The notes under the pieces: model-generated | Told to the model about the DNA's origin: nothing | The model's input: the letters and a program-made list of their open reading frames with translations, nothing else | The model's database searches: none | Position numbers and translations under genes: made by a program | Origin: an uncultured virus (IMG/VR IMGVR_UViG_3300013372_001213) | Lineage: Duplodnaviria; Heunggongvirae; Uroviricota; Caudoviricetes | Direction: 5' to 3' (one strand) | Virus record (IMG/VR): IMGVR_UViG_3300013372_001213 | Length of the DNA: 56,307 nt | Shown: positions 1 through 7,068 of the stretch, piece after piece | How positions within the stretch are numbered: the first letter of the stretch is position 1 | Layout: each line of letters begins with the position of its first letter

Positions 1-102
1 ATTTGATTCCATTCTTTAGGTAGACTAGCTCTAAGCTAATCTACCACAGTGAATGTTACTGGTGGGTTCTTACGAATGAAGTATACCCACAAAACCTTAT
101 GC

Positions 103-157
103 ATTGCCTATATTTATTTCTAGGTATTTCGTCTCCTATAAGACTCATCAGGGCAAT
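103..157 (-). ncRNA. Type I hammerhead ribozyme
   Basis: Minus strand reads AUUGCC-CUGAUGA-GUCU(UAUAGG)AGAC-GAAA-UA(CCUAGAAAUAAA)UAUA/GGCAAU: intact core, 6-bp stem I, 4-5-bp stem II, short stem III, AUA cleavage triplet (cut between 109 and 108). Confidence 0.85.
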
Positions 158-432
158 TAGATTAGACCATAATCTTCAGGATTCTCCAACATATTCATGC
201 CCATATAGTAGGCTACTTGTTGGTTGATATCATTAATTGCCTTATCTTGTAAAGCAACTAACTCTTCTCTGATTCTTGTGGTTAGTATGAGGTCACCTGT
301 ATTCATAAATCCTTTTCTTAGGACAGTACCAACAGGTGGTATCTCAATTTGGTAAAGGTCAGCATCATGCTGTATACCTAAACATTTAAGAGCAGTGATA
401 GCTCTAACTGTTGCATCTTTAAAATCTTCCAT
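157..432 (-). CDS. Hypothetical protein (MEDFKDATV...)
   Basis: Track ORF 157..522; start moved to ATG at 432, which follows an AACCAA-rich leader and avoids the structured element at 476-561. Confidence 0.75.
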   Translation of the reverse strand: MEDFKDATVRAITALKCLGIQHDADLYQIEIPPVGTVLRKGFMNTGDLILTTRIREELVALQDKAINDINQQVAYYMGMNMLENPEDYGLI

Positions 433-475
433 TTCTTTTGAGTTGGTTTTTAGATTGGTTAAACTTATATAAATT

Positions 476-561
476 ATCCTAAGCACTTGGTTGTAACCTG
501 TGTTTGTTATACAGGAAGTCATTGCTTTTATATAGCATTTACAACCTTGTGCATTAGGAAT
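476..561 (-). ncRNA. Structured element copy A (three-way junction)
   Basis: AUUCCUAAUGCACAAGG-UUGUAA...UUACAA-CCAAGUGCUUAGGAU closing stem with two internal hairpins (UGCU/AGCA, CCUGU/ACAGG). Confidence 0.7.
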
Positions 562-620
562 TTAAATCTATACTCTTTCTTTGTTCTTTGGTATGTATTG
601 ATTAGTATTTCACCAGTTTT

Positions 621-733
621 ATCCTAAGCACTTGGCTATAATTGCCTATACAGATTAATTTCTGTAGGATAGGTTTCATATACCACGCTTGGTATACTAC
701 TTTTTTACAATCATAGCCTTGTGCATTAGGAAT
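621..733 (-). ncRNA. Structured element copy B (three-way junction)
   Basis: Same 17-nt and 15-nt ends as copy A; different inner stem (CUAUGAUUG/CAAUUAUAG) and different hairpins (UAUACCA/UGGUAUA, UACAGA/UCUGUA). Confidence 0.7.
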
Positions 734-734
734 G

Positions 735-1046
735 TTATTCATACCCTTGATTATCAGGGATATTTTCTCCATGAAAGTCATCATATTCTTTTAACTTTTC
801 AGGAGATATAGTAGCTCTATGCTCTTTAATCTGTTTTTCTAATGAACAGATAAGAGCTCTTTGTTCATCAACCCACCATCTATATTCAAGATTTTCTTGA
901 TAACTATCAGATACATCTTCTATATCTTCCGAAGATAACTGAGGCGGTCCTGTCATTATTAACTCTGATATAGCTGTGCTTAATTCAGAGTTTAATCCAT
1001 CTAACCAAGTTAGTGGGTGTGATTCAGCTGTGATTTCTATTTCCAT
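735..1046 (-). CDS. Hypothetical protein
   Basis: 103-aa ORF with AACCAA/A-rich leader. Confidence 0.8.
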   Translation of the reverse strand: MEIEITAESHPLTWLDGLNSELSTAISELIMTGPPQLSSEDIEDVSDSYQENLEYRWWVDEQRALICSLEKQIKEHRATISPEKLKEYDDFHGENIPDNQGYE

Positions 1047-1082
1047 TTTTTTTAATTGGTTTTTGGGTTGGTTAGTATTATA

Positions 1083-1160
1083 TTACTTATCTCCTATATT
1101 AGGCATAAAGATAGATTCATCATCTTGCCATATATAGTCTTCTAAATATTCTTCATCCAT
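1083..1160 (-). CDS. Small acidic peptide (MDEEYLEDYIWQDDESIFMPNIGDK)
   Basis: 25-aa ORF filling the gap between two co-oriented genes, with an A-rich leader; not in the ORF track. Confidence 0.5.
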   Translation of the reverse strand: MDEEYLEDYIWQDDESIFMPNIGDK

Positions 1161-1171
1161 TGTTTTAAGAT

Positions 1172-1363
1172 TTAAAGGGTTTTTAACTGTTTTTTTAAAA
1201 ATTCATAGTACAATGTCTTTGGTATGAAGTAGGCTGAGTTACCAAACTTAGCAAAGTCTGCTAAGCTTGTATGTTTATCAAACCAAGGTTCATCCATAAT
1301 TTCCTGAGTTTCAGGCCATTGAACTAATACATATTCAAAATGTGTTGGGTCATCTACTTGCAT
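1172..1363 (-). CDS. Hypothetical phage protein (LVQWPETQEIM..PWF motif)
   Basis: 63-aa ORF with A-rich leader. Confidence 0.75.
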   Translation of the reverse strand: MQVDDPTHFEYVLVQWPETQEIMDEPWFDKHTSLADFAKFGNSAYFIPKTLYYEFLKKQLKTL

Positions 1364-1399
1364 AGTTTATAATTTAAAAGATTAGTATTCAGTAAATTG

Positions 1400-1522
1400 T
1401 TATAACAAGACAGGAGTTAGTTCAGAGGTTTGGTAGAGATAGTATAATGACTATTCATTGTTAACCCAATTAGATGAGTTTAACCCTATGGAACATAACT
1501 AACTCAAGGTGTCTTATTATAA
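1400..1522 (-). ncRNA. Candidate structured RNA / leader
   Basis: 13-bp outer stem UUAUAAUAAGACA/UGUCUUGUUAUAA (G-U pair on minus strand) plus 9-bp GAGUUAGUU/AACUAACUC. Confidence 0.5.
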
Positions 1523-1557
1523 ATTTCAAAGCTGCGGTTTCTCTCCTATTGACACAT

Positions 1558-2104
1558 CTATATATAGTATCCTATATAGTAATAGATATAATAGTAAAGA
1601 TAGTAATAGTATAGGAGAGAGATATGGGGTATAAGTCTTTAGCTATATTAACCCCTGTTGAAGACTGAATGTATTAATTTGAGGGTTATATGTTGGTAAT
1701 GAAGGAGTTAGAGGTAGGACAGTCCCACTCAATGACCCTTTCTTTTATATATTTTGGGTATAATTACCTTTAATGTTGGTTATCCTACCCACCCTTATAG
1801 TCTCTTTATACCTATATATATAGTATAATACCCTATATAGTATATAAGATAACATTTATAGGTAGAGACATATACCATCAAAGACTTAACTAACTGATAA
1901 TCAGCACTAGACCTGATACCCCTTCGGGGCTTAGTATCAATTATCTACATATATAGTATATAGTAAAGTGCTACTTGTCCACCGGTGGGAGACAAACCTA
2001 TATTTCTTAACTCATTGATTATTAATCAGTTAATTTTTATTGGTCTACTTTCTCCACAGGCTGGAGACAACTTTTATCAGCTAGTCCTGTTGCCCCTTCG
2101 GGGC
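1558..2104. repeat. Non-coding repeat-rich region, possible replication origin or control region
   Basis: Several TATATAGTA-type repeats, two CCCCTTCGGGG hairpins (about 1919 and 2093), imperfect direct repeat 1971-1995 / 2045-2070, palindrome CTGATAATCAG near 1895. Confidence 0.45.
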
Positions 2105-2130
2105 CACAATCTTTTAACCACAGTATAAGT

Positions 2131-2169
2131 AAAAAAAAAAACAACAGAGGTATTAACCCCTGCTGTTTT
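2131..2169 (-). terminator. Intrinsic terminator
   Basis: AACAGCAGGGG/CCUCUGUUGUU hairpin followed by a U tract, downstream of 2178..2495. Confidence 0.85.
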
Positions 2170-2177
2170 ATATTCTA

Positions 2178-2495
2178 TTAGAATACATCTACCTTTGCTA
2201 AGTCTGCAAAGCTCAATGTGCTCACAGTCTTATCAGTATACACACCTGTCTTATGTACCATCTTAAACTCCGGTGCACCATCATTGGGTGTAAAGTCACT
2301 GATACTAAGACCTTCAATGTTGTCCATACCAATGTTGGTAATGCCTGTGGCTAAGACATATCTCTTGTCTTTGGTGTCTACACCAAAATACTTACCTGTC
2401 TTGTCTGTGTTATCAATTACTTTAATGATAACTTTGTTTTCAATCATATAGTTTGCTAATGATTGGGTGTTTGCGAATGAGCCTGTATTTGCCAT
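2178..2495 (-). CDS. Hypothetical protein (cassette 7)
   Basis: 105-aa ORF between promoter motif and terminator. Confidence 0.85.
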   Translation of the reverse strand: MANTGSFANTQSLANYMIENKVIIKVIDNTDKTGKYFGVDTKDKRYVLATGITNIGMDNIEGLSISDFTPNDGAPEFKMVHKTGVYTDKTVSTLSFADLAKVDVF

Positions 2496-2565
2496 TTGAG
2501 TAGGTGATAATGTATTTTACATAATATACAACCTTGTATATTAATTAACATTATCAATCTAAAAA

Positions 2566-2605
2566 ATGGGTTACAAAAAGAAATCAGGTTAAAAAAAGAA
2601 ATCAG
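2566..2605 (-). promoter_or_regulatory. Repeated cassette promoter motif (doubled)
   Basis: CTGATTTCTTTTTGTAACCCAT at 2566-2587 plus a second partial copy at 2587-2605. Confidence 0.7.
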
Positions 2606-2646
2606 TAAGGAGCAACAGTCCATGTCCATGTCCATGTCTATAAAGA

Positions 2647-2679
2647 AAAAAAAGAAGAGGCTATAAGCCCCTGTCTTTT
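2647..2679 (-). terminator. Intrinsic terminator
   Basis: AAGACAGGGGC/GCCUCUUCUU hairpin plus U tract. Confidence 0.75.
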
Positions 2680-2681
2680 AG

Positions 2682-3005
2682 TTAGATACAATCCACAGTT
2701 TCTTTGGGTACATCAAATTTTCCCCAGTCTTCATTAGCACAAGCTTCTATCAAAAACCTTTCCTGTATAAATTCTATACAAGCTTCAACAGCATCAGCTG
2801 AGGTTTTGTCTGTGCTCTGTGCTATCTTTAATAACTGGTTTACCAAAGGGTCTACCACATTATATGTAGAAGCATAAACTAATTTCTTAGCATAATCATT
2901 TAGCAATTTCTTTGCTAAGCTAGCAGGCATTACTGCTAAGTCTTGGTTTTCTACAACAAAGTCCATTGCCTTGTTAACTGTAAAGTCTAATGTTACATTT
3001 TTCAT
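2682..3005 (-). CDS. Hypothetical protein (cassette 6)
   Basis: 107-aa ORF between promoter motif and terminator. Confidence 0.85.
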   Translation of the reverse strand: MKNVTLDFTVNKAMDFVVENQDLAVMPASLAKKLLNDYAKKLVYASTYNVVDPLVNQLLKIAQSTDKTSADAVEACIEFIQERFLIEACANEDWGKFDVPKETVDCI

Positions 3006-3033
3006 AATAGATAGTTTTTAAGTTTGAGATTAA

Positions 3034-3057
3034 TAATGGGTTACAAAAAGAAATCAG
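3034..3057 (-). promoter_or_regulatory. Repeated cassette promoter motif
   Basis: CTGATTTCTTTTTGTAACCCATTA, 28 nt upstream of the ATG at 3005. Confidence 0.7.
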
Positions 3058-3088
3058 AAAAGAAAAGACAGAGCTATTGCTCTGTCTG
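3058..3088 (-). terminator. Intrinsic terminator overlapping stop codon
   Basis: AGACAGAGC/GCUCUGUCU hairpin plus UUUCUUUU. Confidence 0.8.
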
Positions 3089-3283
3089 GTTCTCTGCTGC
3101 ACTTAGTTGATCTTCAATGTAGCTTTGAAGATAGTCTCTGAATTTTTCAAGACCCCAAGATTCATTGCCTATAGCCTGTGCAGTTTCAAAACTCAATGTG
3201 CTATCATTTCTGATAGTTTCAGAGTTCATACTGATTTCAGCATCAAGCATCTTGATGATTTGCATTACTGTTGTTGTGTCCAT
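3074..3283 (-). CDS. Hypothetical protein (cassette 5)
   Basis: 69-aa ORF between promoter motif and terminator. Confidence 0.8.
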   Translation of the reverse strand: MDTTTVMQIIKMLDAEISMNSETIRNDSTLSFETAQAIGNESWGLEKFRDYLQSYIEDQLSAAENQTEQ

Positions 3284-3304
3284 AGTTTATATATTTAAAG
3301 TTAA

Positions 3305-3327
3305 TAATGGGTTAAGATAGAAATCAG
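3305..3327 (-). promoter_or_regulatory. Repeated cassette promoter motif
   Basis: CTGATTTCTATCTTAACCCATTA. Confidence 0.7.
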
Positions 3328-3357
3328 AAAAAAAAGAGAGATATACTCTCTCTTTTT
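3328..3357 (-). terminator. Intrinsic terminator
   Basis: AAAGAGAGA/UCUCUCUUU hairpin plus U tract. Confidence 0.75.
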
Positions 3358-3358
3358 A

Positions 3359-3565
3359 TTACAGTTCATATCTACTGTTGAACTGTTCTTGTGTAACCTG
3401 GTCTGTAGGTATACACAAGTTAAAAGCAACTTCTTCCACAAACTCCTGATTATCAGGGTTATGGATATTGTCAGCCCATTTGGGGCATGCATCTACACTA
3501 ATGTGTTTTCCTACTGAGCAACTAGCTAGTGTAAGAGCTGTTGCAATGATTAGTAATTGTTTCAT
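3359..3565 (-). CDS. Small lipoprotein (cassette 4)
   Basis: MKQLLIIATALTLASC signal peptide with lipobox. Confidence 0.8.
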   Translation of the reverse strand: MKQLLIIATALTLASCSVGKHISVDACPKWADNIHNPDNQEFVEEVAFNLCIPTDQVTQEQFNSRYEL

Positions 3566-3585
3566 AATATATAGTTTAAGTTAAA

Positions 3586-3606
3586 TGATGGGTTATAAGA
3601 AATCAG
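3586..3606 (-). promoter_or_regulatory. Repeated cassette promoter motif
   Basis: CTGATTTCTTATAACCCATCA. Confidence 0.65.
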
Positions 3607-3611
3607 ATTAC

Positions 3612-3645
3612 AAAAAAAGATAAAGGGCATAAAGCCCTATATCTT
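3612..3645 (-). terminator. Intrinsic terminator
   Basis: AAGAUAUAGGGC/GCCCUUUAUCUU hairpin plus U tract. Confidence 0.8.
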
Positions 3646-3835
3646 ATTCCAAATGTCCATTGGGTTTATCATAGTCCCAATTGTTTCTTTCTATAATAGA
3701 ACCATTAGGTGCCATTACATATGTTCCTTCACACTTATATACATAAGGTACATATTGTTTAACAGATGCTTCAACTATGTTACTATTGTTCACATAGTTA
3801 GGTGCTTGCACAAACCCAAAGATTTTATTTTCCAT
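3644..3835 (-). CDS. Hypothetical protein (cassette 3)
   Basis: 63-aa ORF between promoter motif and terminator. Confidence 0.8.
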   Translation of the reverse strand: MENKIFGFVQAPNYVNNSNIVEASVKQYVPYVYKCEGTYVMAPNGSIIERNNWDYDKPNGHLE

Positions 3836-3852
3836 TGATAGTTTAGGTTCAA

Positions 3853-3876
3853 TAGTGGTCTAAAAAAAGAAATCAG
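3853..3876 (-). promoter_or_regulatory. Repeated cassette promoter motif
   Basis: CTGATTTCTTTTTTTAGACCACTA. Confidence 0.65.
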
Positions 3877-3891
3877 AAACACACAGTAGAT

Positions 3892-3920
3892 AAAAAAAAT
3901 AAGGGGATAACCCCTTATTT
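3892..3920 (-). terminator. Intrinsic terminator overlapping stop codon
   Basis: AAAUAAGGGG/CCCCUUAUUU hairpin plus U tract. Confidence 0.85.
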
Positions 3921-4202
3921 ATGCTTGGCAATTAGGTCATAGAGATAGTTCTTAACTCTTGAGTTAAGAGTAAATCTACCACCAAACAGAACTCTGGTTT
4001 CTTCCTTATTAACGTGGAAGGCTAAGTCTTCCTTTAAGTCAGGTAAAACCTTTCTGAACTCCATTACAATCTTTCTTGCAGAATCTATCTTGCAAGAAAA
4101 TTTAATATCATAATAGTCAGTGTCTTTAATAGGTAATGCTTTACCATAAGCTTCAATTGAATTAAAATATTCAAGAGCTGTGTTGTGATTGTAAGTTTTC
4201 AT
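3915..4202 (-). CDS. Hypothetical protein (cassette 2)
   Basis: 95-aa ORF between promoter motif and terminator. Confidence 0.85.
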   Translation of the reverse strand: MKTYNHNTALEYFNSIEAYGKALPIKDTDYYDIKFSCKIDSARKIVMEFRKVLPDLKEDLAFHVNKEETRVLFGGRFTLNSRVKNYLYDLIAKHK

Positions 4203-4230
4203 AAGTTTAGGTTTTAAGGTTTAATGTCAA

Positions 4231-4254
4231 TAAGGGTCTATAAAAAGAAATCAG
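4231..4254 (-). promoter_or_regulatory. Repeated cassette promoter motif
   Basis: CTGATTTCTTTTTATAGACCCTTA. Confidence 0.65.
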
Positions 4255-4268
4255 ATTACATAGTAGAT

Positions 4269-4299
4269 AAAAAAAAGAACAAGCCTAAGCTTGCTCTTT
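4269..4299 (-). terminator. Intrinsic terminator overlapping stop codon
   Basis: AAAGAGCAAGC/GCUUGUUCUUU hairpin plus U tract. Confidence 0.8.
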
Positions 4300-4554
4300 A
4301 TTTTTATTGTTAAGTACATATATAGGTATCAAGTATCTAACAATCATTCTATGATCATCATTAGTACTATATATATCACCATCCATAAAGTATGGAACAA
4401 AGGAGAACTTAACAGCTACACTATCTATCATCACAATACCTTTTATACCTTTACAGTCTTGGATATTGTTGATGATATAAGGACTTGCTTCAAAGCAAGT
4501 CATACCAGTTGTTACTTCATTGATGTTGTCACACAAGATTACTTCTATTTTCAT
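4285..4554 (-). CDS. Hypothetical protein (cassette 1; MKIEVILCD...)
   Basis: Track ORF 4285..4617; start moved to ATG at 4554, downstream of the promoter motif as in the other cassettes. Confidence 0.8.
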   Translation of the reverse strand: MKIEVILCDNINEVTTGMTCFEASPYIINNIQDCKGIKGIVMIDSVAVKFSFVPYFMDGDIYSTNDDHRMIVRYLIPIYVLNNKNKEQA

Positions 4555-4581
4555 AAGTTTAGTTTTTAAGTTTGATGTCAA

Positions 4582-4605
4582 TGATGGTCTAGAAAAAGAA
4601 ATCAG
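4582..4605 (-). promoter_or_regulatory. Repeated cassette promoter motif
   Basis: CTGATTTCTTTTTCTAGACCATCA. Confidence 0.65.
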
Positions 4606-4932
4606 AACACACAGCATGTTCTTCTGTGAGAAAAATCTTTTTTTGTAGCCTAGTTTTGGAAATGCTAGCTCAGAGCATGGGGGGTAGGGGCTTCAGGCAC
4701 TGGACCCGGGGGGGTTGTTTTATAAGACCCCACTCCTTCTCACATATATATTCCAACCCCCACCTATATATTTACTCCCCCACCCAAAGTCTTCCTCCCC
4801 CAAGATTGTAACCCACAAACTATTGTTGAAAACTTTATGATTGTTTCTCTACATACCTATGAGATCTTGTTGTATCTTTATATCCAGATTGTTTGATTGC
4901 TCTCTGATTGTTTTGATTTCAAGGTTCACATC

Positions 4933-4959
4933 AACCCCTATAGAAATGTAGGGGTTTTT
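4933..4959 (+). terminator. Intrinsic terminator
   Basis: AACCCCUAU/GUAGGGGUU hairpin plus U tract. Confidence 0.65.
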
Positions 4960-4990
4960 GTTTTATATATATATTATGTGTATATTAGTA
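4957..4990 (+). promoter_or_regulatory. Bacteroidota-like promoter variant
   Basis: TTTG(4957)-N20-TATATTAGTA(4981) upstream of the amidase. Confidence 0.55.
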
Positions 4991-5009
4991 GCAACTAAAA
5001 AACTTATAT

Positions 5010-5699
5010 ATGGAAATTAAGAAAGTACCATTAGAAAAAGATGAATACTATAATGAGATCTTTGAGAAAGATACTATATATATTCATCATACTGCAGGTA
5101 GCCACCGGCCAGATTGGACAGTTGCCTGTTGGGAACATGATAAGAATAAACAAGGTTTAATATTAAAGGTTGCCACAGCTTATGTTATTGGAGGAATATC
5201 TACCAGAGATTCTAAAGATGTTGCATGGGATGGAGTAATAGTAAATTGCTTTGATGATAAGTTATGGGCCCATCATTTAGGAAGTACCACAGCCAATAAC
5301 TCAATACTAAATAAGAAGTCAGTTGCCATTGAGGTTTGTAACTATGGTCCTTTGGTAAAAGGTAAGGATGGTAACTTCTATAACTATGTTAAAGGTATTG
5401 TACCTAAAGAACAAGTGACTACTTTAGATAAACCTTTTAGAGGACATATATATTATCATTCATACACTACCAAACAGATTGAAAGTTTAAAATGGTTGTT
5501 ACAAGATATTGCTAGAAGAAATCCTAAGATTAATCTTAAGAAAGGATTGCAAGAGTTATTAGGAAATGATGATGCTTTTGAACTTAACCAAGCTGCATTA
5601 AAAGGTTATCCTGGTTTATGGAATCACACCAACATAAGAAAAGATAAATCAGATATGTACCCACATCCTGAATTATTAAAAATGATAGCAGGTTTATAG
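5010..5699 (+). CDS. N-acetylmuramoyl-L-alanine amidase (endolysin, Amidase_2-like)
   Basis: IYIHHTAG, WAHHLG, N..SVAIEVCN and WNH...KDKSD zinc-amidase motifs. Confidence 0.9.
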   Translation: MEIKKVPLEKDEYYNEIFEKDTIYIHHTAGSHRPDWTVACWEHDKNKQGLILKVATAYVIGGISTRDSKDVAWDGVIVNCFDDKLWAHHLGSTTANNSILNKKSVAIEVCNYGPLVKGKDGNFYNYVKGIVPKEQVTTLDKPFRGHIYYHSYTTKQIESLKWLLQDIARRNPKINLKKGLQELLGNDDAFELNQAALKGYPGLWNHTNIRKDKSDMYPHPELLKMIAGL

Positions 5700-5701
5700 T
5701 T

Positions 5702-5998
5702 ATGGAATTTACACAACAAGGAACATTAGGATCAGGTAGTACTATATTATATACTTGTCCTGTAGGAAAAACTGCTAGGGTATATCTTAAGTTTAATAAT
5801 CCGGCAGCTAACATTATCACCCTTTCTAAGTATGATGCTGTTCTAATGATAACTACTCCTATATATACTTTTAGCTTAGATGCTGGAGATTATTTAGCAG
5901 ATAATAATTATTACTTATTGCAAGAAAATGATTACTTGACAGTGAATTGCTCAGCAGCTGGTACTAATTATTTAAACAATATATACGAAGCTCCATAA
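5702..5998 (+). CDS. Small beta-rich putative virion protein
   Basis: LYTCPVGKTA N-terminus; lies in the fibre cluster. Confidence 0.7.
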   Translation: MEFTQQGTLGSGSTILYTCPVGKTARVYLKFNNPAANIITLSKYDAVLMITTPIYTFSLDAGDYLADNNYYLLQENDYLTVNCSAAGTNYLNNIYEAP

Positions 5999-7002
5999 TG
6001 CAAGTAGTAGATAATAATGGTAATGTATTTGGTACACCAAATATAGAAATAATTGGTCCTGATGGTAAACCAAAAAATCCTGGGACAGCTTTACCTACTG
6101 GTCCGGCAGGAGGAGATCTTACAGGAACATATCCTAACCCAAACGTAATATGGTCAAATGGATATCCAACTTATGATATTAGATATGCTCCTATAGATGG
6201 TGTAAACTTTGGACAAACACAATGGTCAAGAACATTAGCTGCTCCTGTTGCTTTAAATAATGGATTAACAGCTAATGGTTTTACATTTTTTACAAATGCT
6301 GATAAAGTAGCAAATGGTACTACAGCTTATGATGAATATAACCAATACTATGGTAGACAAATAACTTTATCTGGTACTACTGGCACAGCTAATATAAATG
6401 TAAATGGCGTTAACTACTTAGCCACTTTTACTACTAATCTTTTTACTACTGCTCAAAACTGGGTTACAGCTAATCAAGCTGCTTTATTACTTTTAGGTAT
6501 TAATGTTTTTGCTTTAGGTTCTGTTGCTGATGGAAGAATAAGATTTAGTAGGAGTAGTAATCTTATTCTTGATACAATAACAATAACAAATGTTTCAGGT
6601 ACTCTTAATGGAACTATTGCTAATCCATTTACAGGAACAGCTGCTTCTTCTTTAGATCACATAATTATTCCTTATACAGGAACTCCTTATGTAGGGCAAA
6701 GATTAACTCATAATTTTAGAGTTAATTTTAGTATTTCTACAGGTACAGATCAAACTCTTGCTTTATCTTTAAGAAGATATTCAGATGATTCTATTATAGG
6801 CAGTGAAATTCAAGTTAATAGAAATGCTGATGTTGCTGGACAACAATATAATTTTTTATCATATACATCAGGACCTTTAGATCCTTTTGTAACAGGAGGG
6901 TTTTATTTTGCTCTTAGAAACAATTCTGGTTCAAATGTTAGTATTGAGTCTAATGTAGGAATATTAATAATTACTAATTATCAAAAGCCTACAGATTTTT
7001 AA
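5998..7002 (+). CDS. Putative fibre/decoration protein
   Basis: GPAGGDLTGTYPNP fibre motif; T/N/G-rich. Confidence 0.7.
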   Translation: MQVVDNNGNVFGTPNIEIIGPDGKPKNPGTALPTGPAGGDLTGTYPNPNVIWSNGYPTYDIRYAPIDGVNFGQTQWSRTLAAPVALNNGLTANGFTFFTNADKVANGTTAYDEYNQYYGRQITLSGTTGTANINVNGVNYLATFTTNLFTTAQNWVTANQAALLLLGINVFALGSVADGRIRFSRSSNLILDTITITNVSGTLNGTIANPFTGTAASSLDHIIIPYTGTPYVGQRLTHNFRVNFSISTGTDQTLALSLRRYSDDSIIGSEIQVNRNADVAGQQYNFLSYTSGPLDPFVTGGFYFALRNNSGSNVSIESNVGILIITNYQKPTDF

Positions 7003-7068
7003 GTTATATAAATTGTTTATTTATAAAAATTTATTTGTATATTTATAACTTTATTTGTATATTGTATT

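Noticed and set aside
602..784. 60-aa minus-strand ORF
   Set aside because: Overlaps 735..1046 and coincides with structured element B. Similarity to copy A is limited to the paired ends, so RNA structure explains it better.
2618..2641. (GTCCAT)x3-4 microsatellite
   Set aside because: Real but short and isolated between a terminator and a promoter; no evidence of function.
2566..4605. CRISPR array or integron interpretation of the repeats
   Set aside because: Units are degenerate, hundreds of bases apart and separated by whole genes. No cas genes, integrase or attC RYYYAAC/GTTRRRY boxes are visible.
2218..4811. Plus-strand ORFs 2218, 3107, 3653, 4291, 4626 and minus-strand ORF 3301
   Set aside because: They shadow cassette genes or span promoter, terminator or G/C-run DNA.
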